Origin: Camelus ferus | Lineage: Eukaryota | Direction of reading: 5' to 3' | DNA: 64,000 nucleotides | Assembly: GCF_009834535.1 (NCBI RefSeq) | Contig: NC_045715.1 | Coordinates: 24,118,001-24,182,000, forward strand | Shown here: positions 24,801 to 36,800 of the stretch, in pieces | How the letters are laid out: each line of letters opens with the position of its first letter | Numbering within the stretch: the first letter of the stretch is position 1 | Program-made: the position numbers and the translations under genes | Notes under the pieces: generated by a model | Databases searched by the model: none | What the model was told of the DNA's origin: nothing | What the model saw: only the letters and a program-made list of their open reading frames with translations

Positions 24801-27800
24801 GCATAGGAGTTAGGAATATGAGCTGTGGCACCAGACTGCCTGGGTTTAAATCCTGATTCTGCCACCTACTGCTTGTGTGACAGTGAGTAAATTGCTTAAT
24901 CTCCTTAATACCTAAGTTTCCTTGACTATAAAATGACGATAGTAATAGAATCTGCCTTATAAGGTTATAAGGATTAGATGACTTAGTTTATATAAATAGC
25001 TTAGAACAGTGTGTGGCACATAGTAGGGCTATAGAAGTGTCAGCTACTGTCATCATCTGTATTGATGATCTTTGCCTCCCTGAAGTGTCTACTGTGACAC
25101 TCTGCACATGACAGAGAACAAAAACTCTTAATTGAATGGATGATGAGCCAAAACTGTTCTATCTGGTCCAGGAATAACAGCTGTTACTCGCATGCCTGAG
25201 TTAAAGATGTTCCTTTTTCTCTTTCTCCAAACTCTGCTTCACTGTTCAGCCCCAGCACAAGTCCTTCTTTCATGGACCTGTAGCCTGAATCTACACATCT
25301 GAGTCTGGGCAGCTCTTTCCATATTTAGCAAGGGTGGGCATGGAGGACATCTCAGGACCTTGTCCATGGGTTGAACCGTCTGTGCTGTCCCAATGCTGGT
25401 CCCACAGCTGAGCTTTTCTTCCCATTTTTGGTTCAGAGGAACCTAAGGGGAAAGGAAGCAGGCAGAGGATATAAGCAGGCTTGTTTTAATGTAGCCAAGA
25501 GATAGGAACTTCTCTTAGTCTAATCCATGGCTTCCCAACCTTTTCACATTGGGGCACATATCAAAAATAACATTTGTACAGCATACTGCTGCAAATATGT
25601 CAGGCTACTTGCTGCCTGACGGGTGAGCCCAGAAGTCCTGGTCACTCTAGTTGGCCCAGACATACCAGGGGCCAGTGGGATAAATATCTCAGCACGCTAG
25701 GTAGGAATTCTGGCCCAAGGTACATTTTATGTCATCAGTGTGCCCTTGGACTAAGTTAGACCTCAGTTTAAATCCTGTCTATTCTCTTCTAGCCAGATGA
25801 CCTTGGGTTACTAACTCCTCATCATATTCTTTTCAAACCTCAGATTCCATATTTGTAATATGGGGGTAATAGTTTCTCCTTTAGGGCTGTTGTGATGATT
25901 GACTGAGGTGATGTAAGTAGAGAGCAGTGAGGCGTAGTAGTCAAAAGCACGCTCTGTGAATTCCAATTCTGACCCTTATTAGCTGTGTGACCTTGGGTCA
26001 GTCACTTGTTTAGTCTCTTTGTCTTAGTTTCCTCTTTGTAAAATACCTCATTTGTGTGTGAATGTTAATTTGGCACTTAGTAAGGACTAAGTACAATATT
26101 AGCTATTATTACCATAAGCTTTGGTGTGGTGCTTAATATATGGGAACAGTTTACAAAGTGGTCGCTGTTGGTGTCATTATTTCTGCGCTGAGGGTTGGGT
26201 GATAGCTCCTCAAATACTGGTCAGCTTCATATCCTGTAAAAATTTGTTGTATGTGATTGATGAAAGTCAGGTTATCAAGAAAAAGTTTGGTGCCACTTTG
26301 GGAGGATGTCCTGATGTCTCCCCACCTTCCTCATAGGTCAAGGTCCAGCAGGCTGCCATGGAGCTGGAGCTGATGCCATTCAACGTTCTGCTGAGGACAA
26401 CACTGGACTTGCTACAGGAGAAGGATCCTGCACACATCTTCGCTGAACCTGTCAACCTGAGTGAGGCAAGTTCCCCCCATACTTTCTGAGCAGTGAGCCC
26501 CTCCTGAAATGGAAACAGGTCTGAGGAGGCCAGGAGATGGCTGGGCCATAGGGGTTCCTGGCAAGGCTGGTAGACTTATCCATGGTGAGGGCTCAGTAGG
26601 CCAGGGTGGGCCAGGGCCCTGGGACTATGAGTGAGCCCAGCATGGCCAGACCAGAAAACGGGGAGGCAAGAGTACTGATGNNNNNNNNNNNNNNNNNNNN
26701 NNNNNNNNNNNNNNNNNNNNNNNNNNNNNNNNNNNNNNNNNNNNNNNNNNNNNNNNNNNNNNNNNNNNNNNNNNNNNNNNNNNNNNNNNNNNNNNNNNNN
26801 NNNNNNNNNNNNNNNNNNNNNNNNNNNNNNNNNNNNNNNNNNNNNNNNNNNNNNNNNNNNNNNNNNNNNNNNNNNNNNNNNNNNNNNNNNNNNNNNNNNN
26901 NNNNNNNNNNNNNNNNNNNNNNNNNNNNNNNNNNNNNNNNNNNNNNNNNNNNNNNNNNNNNNNNNNNNNNNNNNNNNNNNNNNNNNNNAGAGGGGCACCC
27001 ATCTGCCTGAGTCACCCAAATTGGAGGACTTTTACCGCTTCTCTTGGGAAGACGGTGAGAAGCCTGAACAGGCGGGGAGGGGAGGGGGCATGAGGAGGCG
27101 CAGGTACAGGGCCCAGAGAGCCAGGGATCAGGGTGGGCCTTGGAGCAATAGGGTAGACTCTAGGAGCAAAGCTAGGGATAGGCACAGGCTGGGATATACG
27201 TGCTTGTGGCTGGAATAGTTTCAAAGGTTTGAGTTTAATTCACTGAGCACTTGAAAAGTAGGAAAGAGAGGAATCAGGTACTAGCTGTCTGAAGAGCTAA
27301 AGCTTCATCAGGAGTTTTTCTCTCCTGGACTCCCCCTGTGTGGCATTGAAGCATAGGGCAGTGGGAGTGCAATGCTGATGTATGTCTGGCTCATTCAGTA
27401 GAGTGCAGGTAGAGGACCAGAAAAATGGGATTGCCTCTGAGACCCCCACTCTGCCTGCCCCTGCTTTTTGCTTCTTCGTGGCAGCAGCCAGTCACCGCGG
27501 CTGGGGGATTGCCAGGCTGCCTCGTGCCTGCTCCATGGAGCCCGTAATCATGACTGTGAACTGCTTCCTGCAGATGTTTCCCAGATTCTGACCTTGTCCC
27601 TGTGTCTGCCCTCTGGGCAGTGGTGTTGGCCAGGGCCAAGGCCCCACAGTGACACTGCTGGAAGCCAGTGGCCCAGGCATTATGGGAGAATATTTTGCAT
27701 CCAAAGGAATCAGCCCCCTCCCTTCCCCTTGCCCTGGGCTGGGCAGGTCCTTCAGCCCCTTCTGTCCTCCCTTTTCCCTGGCAGTGGACAACATCCTCAT

Positions 27801-30800
27801 CCCAGAAAACCGGGCCCACTTGTCCCCAGAGGTGCAGCTGAAGGAGCTGCTGGAGAAACTAGATGTAGTGAGTGCCATGCGGTCCAGTGGGGCCCGGACC
27901 CGCCGTGTCCGCCTGCTGCGCCGGGAGATCAATACCCTTCGGCAGAAGCTGGCACAGCCACCACCACTGCAGCTACCATTGCTGAACAAGACTGTGTCCA
28001 ATGGGGAACTGCCAGCAGGGCCTCGGGGGGATTTGGCTGTGCTGGAGCAGGCCCCACAGGAGGAGCCAGAAGATGATGGGGACAGAGGTGAGAGACATTC
28101 ACGGGCAGGCAAGGGGCTGGGGGCCAGAGTAAGGGAGGGTTAAGGGAAAATCCCATCATGGGAGCATCCTTCCCCAACTTCAGGTCTGATCCTTGTGGGC
28201 AAGCAGAAGCCCTGGGAGGGTCACACTTCCATGCGTATCTAGGGATAATATCAAAGTATTTAACAATCAGTAGAGGCCAAAATTCATCAGTCAGAGTAGA
28301 TGTTGGCTGTTGTATTGGAGGGGGCTCCTGAGATCCACTGATAGGGATGTTTAGTTGCCAATTGTGAGCAGGTTCAGGGAGTTTCAGATGCTGGGGCCCA
28401 GCGGCTGTTTGCTAACTAGTAAAGAAGTATTTCAATATTTTTCACCTGATATGGCCATATTGTACATACTAGTTAAATATTAGCTCACCTTATACCATGA
28501 TATAGAGAGGCTCTTAGAGCAGGTTAGATTGTGGTGTTGGGGAATGGAAAAAAAAAAAAAATAAAGATGGTCTGGGATCATGGCTTTTATTCCAGCTGGC
28601 CAAGTCTGCAGGCCCATGCCTAAGCAGAAGAGCCCAAAACTCCAAAAGATAGCTGGGGGAAGTGGTTCTCAGAGACCCAGGGGCCTTATCTGAGTTGCTT
28701 TCCATCCTCTCCACTTTGTTGGGGTCAGAATTGCCTCTTTTATACCAGCCCTTGGATCTGAGCCTACAGCTTGGGAGGGCCTCTCATCTGCACAGTCCAG
28801 AAGGTTGGGAGTTATCCCCAGAGGAAAAGGGGCCAAATTGAGGGAACGGCCTATTTTATTTTAGGCTGGAGGAGAGCAGGGATGAGACTGAGAGGTCACA
28901 TTTAGCATTAGAGGGCTTCGTGTCCTTTGTGACTCTTCTCAACTCCCCATATGGCAATCAGCATGCCACTTGTATCCATCCCCACTCCTGGGCTGAGGTG
29001 GTGCCATCTTGCCCAGTGGACCTGCTGCAACAACTTCTAGAGGTTTCAAGAAATTTCTAGGCCTCACCTCCCAGAGATTCAGGTTAGGGAAATTGTCTCG
29101 CAAGTTTCAATTTTTAAGTTTCAAGGTGGTAGGTGAACAAACGTGTTTGGGAAGCACTTTCATTTTTCCACATCTGTAAACTTATTCTTTCTGCTTGTCC
29201 TGCTTGCTTCACTTGGGTGATCTGGAATGAAATGCATTGACAGATGGGAAAACATCTGTGTCTAATGAGAATTGTAGATCCCTAATCTGTGAGGCTGAGA
29301 CTTACCTAACTATTGATTAAGCAGGGGGTTTTAGGCTTTCTGTGGTATAAGGCAGTGGTTTGTAACCCTGACTTTATGAGACTCACCTGATAATCTTTCA
29401 AAAAAATACATATATATCTTTAGTGATCTGGTCTGAATTGGTCTGGGATGGAACCTTGGCACTGGAATTTTTAAGAAACTTCTGAGGTGATTCTAATACA
29501 TAGGCAGAGTCTAGAACTACTACTGTAGACACATTTTAGTCCTACATCCTCTTTGCCTCAGACCTAAGACCTGGCATGCGTCTCACGCCTTCTAATAGCC
29601 TATGCTTTTGGTTGTTAGTTATCACTGTCATTATCTGACTTGTAGCAGCAGACTTTTTCTAAAATGTTCAAGCAGGTTCTCTTTTTCTCTAACAGATGAT
29701 TCTAAACTGCCTCCCCCACCAACTCTGGAGCCCACTGGGCCTGCACCTTCCTTGTCTGAGCAAGAATCCCCTCCAGATCCCCCCACTCTGAAACCCATCA
29801 GTGATAGCAAACCTCTAAGCCGATTCCTGAAGCCCAGGAAGGTGGAAGAAGATGAGCTCTTGGAAAAATCACCTTTGCAGCTAGGGAGCGAGCCCTTACA
29901 ACGTCTGCTTAGTGACAACGGCATCAGTAGAGTGTCCCTCATGGCCCCCGATACATCCCCCACCAGTGCCCCACTCAGTGGTGTGGGGCGCCGCACATCA
30001 GTCCTCTTCAAGAAGGCCAAGAATGGGGTGAAGCTACAGAGGAGCCCAGATAGGGGCCTGGAGAACGGCGAGGACCATGGTGCAGTGGGCTCTCCTGCCT
30101 CTCCTACCGGCATAGAGGATGAACGGCACTCCCAGAAGCGGCCGAGGAGTAGGAGCTGTAGTGAGAGCGAAGGGGAGAGGTCCCCACAGCAGGAGGAGGA
30201 GACAGGTGACCTCTCCTGTGCCTTCTCTCACTACTTCTCATCTGCTTTCCTGCTTTGCCTTGCCAGCCAGCCCCTCCCCCAGTTGACTGCCTCCCTAATG
30301 GCCCCTGAGGATGCCAGTAATAGCACTGAAGGCCCTATAGTTCACAGTTAGGCCTGGCACACAGTTAATGGCCTGGGGAAATGGGCTTTAAGCAAGTGTT
30401 TTGACAGGGCCAGATTTTGTCAGGGGCTTTCTTTGGCCCAGGGGGATAAAATGCTATATATGATAAAATGGTTCTTGCCTTTGTTTTAGTTCATTTATTT
30501 CTCAGATTTATATTAGGTGTTATTGTAGGCCCTTCAATATAAGAGTGAGAATCAATAAATAAAACAGACAAATCTCCTCCCTTGTAGGATAGATAGGTTA
30601 AAAGCAAATGAGTAAGTTGTACTTTATATTAGAAGCTATAGAGAAAAGTCCATCAGGGGAGGGGAATAGGGGATGCTGGGATGGTATTAGAAAGGGTGGC
30701 CAGGGGAGGCCTTCCAAGGAGGTGACATTTGAGTAAAGATCTGAAAGAGCTAAAGGCGTGAGCTGTTTGGGTATCTGGGGAAAGAATGTTCCAAAAAGAT

Positions 30801-33800
30801 AGACTAGCAAGTGCACAGGCCCTGGAGGTGGAAACGTGCTTGCATGTCTGAGGAACAGTGAGGGAACCAGTGTGACTGCAACACAGTCAGCCAGGGATGG
30901 TAGGAGATGAGGTTCCAGAGGCAAGTAATGGGGGCTCGCCACTGAAGAGTTCTTACTGCATGTTCAGCACAAGCTGGTCACTGGTGGGTAGTAAACTAAG
31001 TCAGACTCAGTTCCAACTCTGAAAGAGTCCAGTGGGGAGACTAGGTAGTCTCCCGAGGTGCAGAGATGTCACAGTGCTGGATAGTTTGTGGTTAAGTGTA
31101 AGGTGACAGCACTGCTAGCGGTGTTCAAGGAGTAAGAGCTGGGAGAGTTGGAAAGTACTCACAAGGAGACAGTGCCTTAGCTGGCCCTGGGGGTGAGGAC
31201 AGTAGAGCAGAGTAAAAGGCTTAGGCCCTGGTGTGTGGAAACAAGGACAGAGTCCCTGTGAGGAACAGTTTGGAGAGAGGCTTCCTGGAGCATCAGGAGC
31301 CAACGCTGTAGGCAAGGTGGGCCAGGATGTGCAGGACCTCCATTGCCAGACAGAATAGTCTTGGTGGGATATGGGAGGCTGGCTGGCTTGGCAGGGAGGG
31401 GCCTGCTCTTGGCTTTTGCTCCTCGTGTCCCTCTCATGTCCTGTTATGTGGTGGCTTTGGGCTTTGTGGCTAGCACATGCTTTTCTCTCTTCCTGCCTAA
31501 CACTTTGTTGCCAGCAATACCTTTCCATCCTGTCTGGCCCAAGCTTGCCTGTATTAGGACAGTAGGTTGGTGTTAAGAGTCAAGAGCTTGAGGCCTGGAG
31601 TTAGGTGGACTTGAGTTCAAATCCCATCTTCTTACCAGCTGTGTGTCCTGGGGCAAAGTAATTAACCTCTCTGAGCCTATTCCTTATTTCTAATATGGGG
31701 CCAGCGATATCCACATTGCAGGGCTCTAAGGATTTGAAATAGCCTATATAAAGCACTTGGGATATAGCAGTAGATGGTAGTGGTTATTGTTGTCATCCTT
31801 TTAACTGTGTCAGGCACAGCCAAACAGCACTGAGAACATTGTGCACTAAAATTGAAAAGTCTGCTATTGGGAAATAGATCTAGATATCAGGCTCATGGAG
31901 CCAAGAGGGCCCGCTGCATGGGGTTATTGCTAGAATCTCTTTCTCTTCCACCATCCCAGCTACCTTGCACTCAGGAATATTTTTACATAACCCTAGAGGA
32001 GTCTCACAAAAACAGATGTTGATCCTTTACAGATGAGGCACCTGAGACACAGCTGGCTTCCGTGATTTAAAGCGAGATCATAATGTTAGAGGAAGAACCA
32101 GGTTAGAATCCAGGTACATTGGCTGAGACATGAGCTCTTATAGATGTGACTTGTCTCAGTTTTCTGACTAACATATATGTGACTTAGAGCTCCTGAGCTC
32201 TTGGCTCAGCTATGAGACTTATAGGATTCTGGATTGTGGTTGGGAATTGGATAGATAGGAGAGTTAAAGCTTCCACAGTAGATGAGAGTCACATTCCTGT
32301 CCCTGGGGTGACCAGTCTTCATTTGCCTCTGTAGGGCTCCCTGCTATAAACAGACCTTCCCTCATCCATACTTAGTAGCATTCTCCATAAGTAAGAAGTA
32401 TTACTGTCACTTCACAAAAGGAAAAGCCAAGGCTTAGAGAGGAAAACGGATCCATATTTCAGGGCCCAGTCTAAAACCAAGGAATCTGACTCCTTATCCC
32501 AGGAAGGTCTGGTTTGCTTTAGATCTGCTGAAAAGTGCCCCCATCCTCAACTCTGACTAGCTCTGCTAGATATCTCAGGGTGTGGTTGACACAGCCCTTA
32601 TCCTGCCCCAACCTCCCCTGACACCATCCCAAAAGAATGAAGTTAGCTGTTGCCAGCTGTGTGATAGATAGGGTGAGTGAGTGTTTATCCAAAGAGGCGA
32701 TGTGGGTGGGCTCCCCAAGAGGCAGAGGAGACTCCCTGATAATTGAGGCTTGAAATTAGAAGCAGTTCCTGGGACTTGTGAGCCAGCCAGTGTGAGGAAG
32801 TCTTGGTATTTCCCTTTGTAGAGAAATGACAGTAACTGGAATGAGCTGAGTGCTATTTACCTTCCAAAAAACCCATAAGGATGGGAAGGAAAATACAGTG
32901 TCTGCTCTGTGGCCTAGCCAACATTTCACCCAAAGCTTCATCAGGTTCTCACTATCACCCAAGACCTGTTTCCCAAGAGGAAGGACCAATTGTTCTCTCC
33001 AACCCTCCTTGCTGAGCCCTCTCAAGGCAGCTGCTCACACTGCGGCATGTGTCAGTGGAAGGGGGGGTTTCTGCACTCAGGTTCACTCTGTGTGTCCTTG
33101 GCAGGTGTGACCAACGGCTTTGGAAAACACACCGAAAGTGGGTCTGATTCAGAATGTAGTTTGGGTCTCAGTGGTGGACTGACATTTGAAGCTTGCAGGT
33201 AAGAACACTTGTGGCAGCTCTGCCACCTCTCCATTTATTTTCCTTTCAGCTACAGATTGAACCTCCTCCTGCTTATCTTGGTTTTTTTTTCCCCCAATCC
33301 CTGCTATTTCCTGAGGCCTGTGACTGGTAGCTCCTGGGAAACAGCATGACCCTTGGGGTTTGTGGAGTTGAATTTGGCTTGAGATGGTGGGGATAGCTGA
33401 GTCTATTGCCCCATGAAGTTAACATTTGAGCTGGTCCCCACCCACCACTCACCCCTCGCCCATTTAGATACCCCAGTTATAGACATGGCTTTGGCCTTTG
33501 CCTTTCGGGGCATCATAGCAGTGGCCTCTTTGGAGGTCTGGTAGGGGAATAAAAAATGGACAGATAGGAAATTTGGAATTGCCTTTTAGTCAGACAAAGG
33601 CCGCAGCTCTTTTGCCATCCTTGAGCTAGGAGAGGATGGGTTTCTTTTCCCATTCTTTTACCTGAAGGAAGGGTTTCTGAGACCAGAACCTTCAAGTTTC
33701 TTCGACGTTGAAGAGTTTATCAAGTCCCTGCTCTGTGTTGTGTGCTCTGCAAGACACTAGGGAGTGTGGGACTCTGGGAAATGAGAGACTCTCAGGACCA

Positions 33801-36800
33801 CAGAGGAAAAATAACTTGTCCTGAAGGCTGGCCATATGGTCCCTCCATATGGCTGCTGAATGGATCCTGGGTTCACTAAAGGGGAGGAAAGTTCCCATGG
33901 CAGCACCCAAAGACTATGTATCTGTGTTTGAAGCACTTCCTAGGCAGGTTAGGTGACTGTTTGGCACTCTGTCCTGGCTGCTGAGCTGCTGGTGGAGCTA
34001 TGGGAGGCTCCCAGCTACCCCTTGTGCCTGGACTGCTCCCCTGCTGTGGCAGGGCCCAGCTTTCAGTGGCTCCTTTAAGATTTTCCTCCCCACCGAGCCT
34101 TAGAAATGTCCTAGCTTTCTCCCTCCATGTTGCAGCTCTAGAGATATAGGAGGAGTGGTTGGGAAAACACAGTTACCAGACACAGAGAAGAGGCAGAGAT
34201 TTCATAATCTTACCAGATACTTCTAGCCTGGTCTCAGGTTGGCATTCCTGACTCCCTTCAAAAATAGGCTACCTAGAAACCCAGTTCATTGGAGTAGGGT
34301 AGGAGCAGGGTTATCAAACTGTCCCCTCCTAGTCCTTGACTAAAAGTGGAAGGTGTGTCTGGCCCTTCCCTCCATGAAAGGTGCTCTTCCCAGTTGTGAA
34401 CCACAAGAAGCAAGCCCTCTGGTTAGCCTGTTTGCCTTCCTGTCAAAATGCCAACGCCACTGATTCCTCTGGGGCCCTGCTCAGTGTATGAACAGTGCCC
34501 TTGGAAGGCATTTCTTCTTTAACTCAGTAGTTCTCAGTAGAATTTTAGGGTTTAAAACAGGAGATTCAGGACTTCATATGCAGGATTTTTTTTCTTTTTC
34601 TTTTTCTTTTCTATACTGCAGTGGTAAGTACACAAAGAAAAATCTTACTTATTAATTAGACTGAAGTCACATAATCCCAGAAATAAAGACATGTGAAGGA
34701 ATTTCTGATCACTAATCTCATCTCATTCCTGTGATATCCTTGAGTTTATCTTTTCTAATGGTTTTCTGAGCATGTTGGGGCTCTTCTATGGGTCCCTCGT
34801 TCAACTATTAATTGAGCACATACCATGATCCAGGCACTGTTCTCAGCCCTGATAAGTTGTCTATTCTCAGATCTTATCTTCTGGAAGGGAGAGATGAATG
34901 TTAAACCAGTAAACAAAATAATTACAGATTGGGCCGTCTCCTTAGGCCTGGGTAACTTGGAGAGAGGGCTGAAATGCAGGCCATGATCAAGTCAGTTGTG
35001 CTTTTTTCTATGAAACAGGAACATATAGACCTAGTTTTGATGTTGCATCCTATCTCATTGAGCTCAGCCTTTTCAGAGTGGAATCATCTGATATACTATT
35101 ATATACAGATATATATGAATAATATTTAAAGTGAGACATTAACATTTATTTCCTTTCATATAATATTTACTATATAACTGCCATTTATTGAGTACTTGAT
35201 ATGTGCTGTAGTGAGTACTTTCTGTATTTTGATTATTAAATCCTCACAGCAACACATGGGGAACATAAGTCTCAGAGAGGTTAAGTAACTTGCTCAGGAT
35301 CACAGGATGAATGAGTAGAAGAGCCAGGTTCTAAACCCAGGTAGTCTGGCTCTAGAGTTTCTTTCTTAACCACTTTGTTGTGCTTAATCTTCTGTTATAT
35401 TTGAAGATGTCTCTCCAGATCAGTGATGTGAACTTGGAAAGACTTTCCTAGTAGAACTACCAGTACCTTATATTTTTGTAAGGTCTCAGATTCTCTAAGC
35501 CCAGTGACAGATTTTTGTGGGGTGGATGGGAACTGAATCCTGAACATGAACTGGGTGTTATTTGTTTTCTCCCCAACAGGTCCTAATATTGACTAATAGG
35601 AAAAAAGCTCCCAACCTACTAGTTACTGAAAAATTATGATTCATCAGGTTCTGGTTGTGCCAGGTTTTCTGTTTAAGACCATGATAAAGTCAATTATGAG
35701 TGAGTAAAACAGGAGTACCTTACTCTCCAACTGGTCCTCACCCTAGCCTCTTTTTATCCCACTAGGGGTTTCTTAGCATTTCTGCTCTTCTGAAGATTGT
35801 TGACCTTTTCAGCATTTTTTTGTTGTTGAAAAACTTATATAGCGGTAATATTTTTTAAAGTTCGGATGGGAAAAAATCCTAGGTACATCATTCTTGCCCA
35901 GAGGCTTCTAACTGTGATTGTAGATTAGAATTGCATTGGGAGCAATTTAAAAATGTTGATGCCTGGGTGGGTTCCAGTTATACCATTTTTCTGGTATTAC
36001 TATACTCATTTTTGCCTATTACCTTCTAGTGTTTGTCTAATATATATTTTTTTACCTCCTTGCAGTAGCCATATTAAAAAAAAATACTGGTCTGCTTGTT
36101 AGTTAAAAAAAAAAATCTGTCTCTAAGAAAAACTTCACACACATAAAGTGGAAGTGAGAAGTGGATTTTTTTTCCAATTTAAAAATACGTCTTTTCTAAT
36201 TAAGGAAGTAAGACACGTCCATTATAGAAAACTTGGGAAAGAGACAAAGTTTTGTGCCTCAAAAGTAGTTTCTAAAGAAAAAGCAATGTAAACCACAGAG
36301 TAAAGAATTCTGGGCAGATGTGAGATGACCAGGCTGCTTAGACTCTGGAAGGATTGACAGGTGCCTGGGGTGATCTTCCCTCTGGATGAAATCCGAGGTC
36401 CCCAGGCAGGGGAGCAGACATCTCTTTTCAAGTTCAGTCCTTACACATGGATGAAGTAATTCCTTAAAGCCTCATGGGAACATTTTGGTCAGAAGTATAT
36501 CATGGGTTAATATGAGTTTTTAGGGGAAAGTGAGAAACCATTCTCCCTGAAGGGTTTTTGCAGCTCTACTCATAGCAGAGGTGGGAGAGCAGGAGTGGGT
36601 ATATTAGTCATTGAAATTGCTCATTTCGCTCCCCTTTTCCCTCCCTGCTCTGTATGCAGTGGTCTGACACCTCCCAAACGCAGCCGTGGGAAGCCAGCCC
36701 TGTCTCGAGTGCCCTTCCTGGAAGGTGTGAATGGAGACTCTGACTACAGTGGCTCAGGTGAGGAGCGCTGTACAGGTGCATCTGGGGGAACCAGGCCTTC

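Noticed and set aside
27391-28177. 140-206 aa ORFs around exon 7 in other frames and on the minus strand
   Set aside because: No recognisable domain; explained by the GC-rich coding exon.
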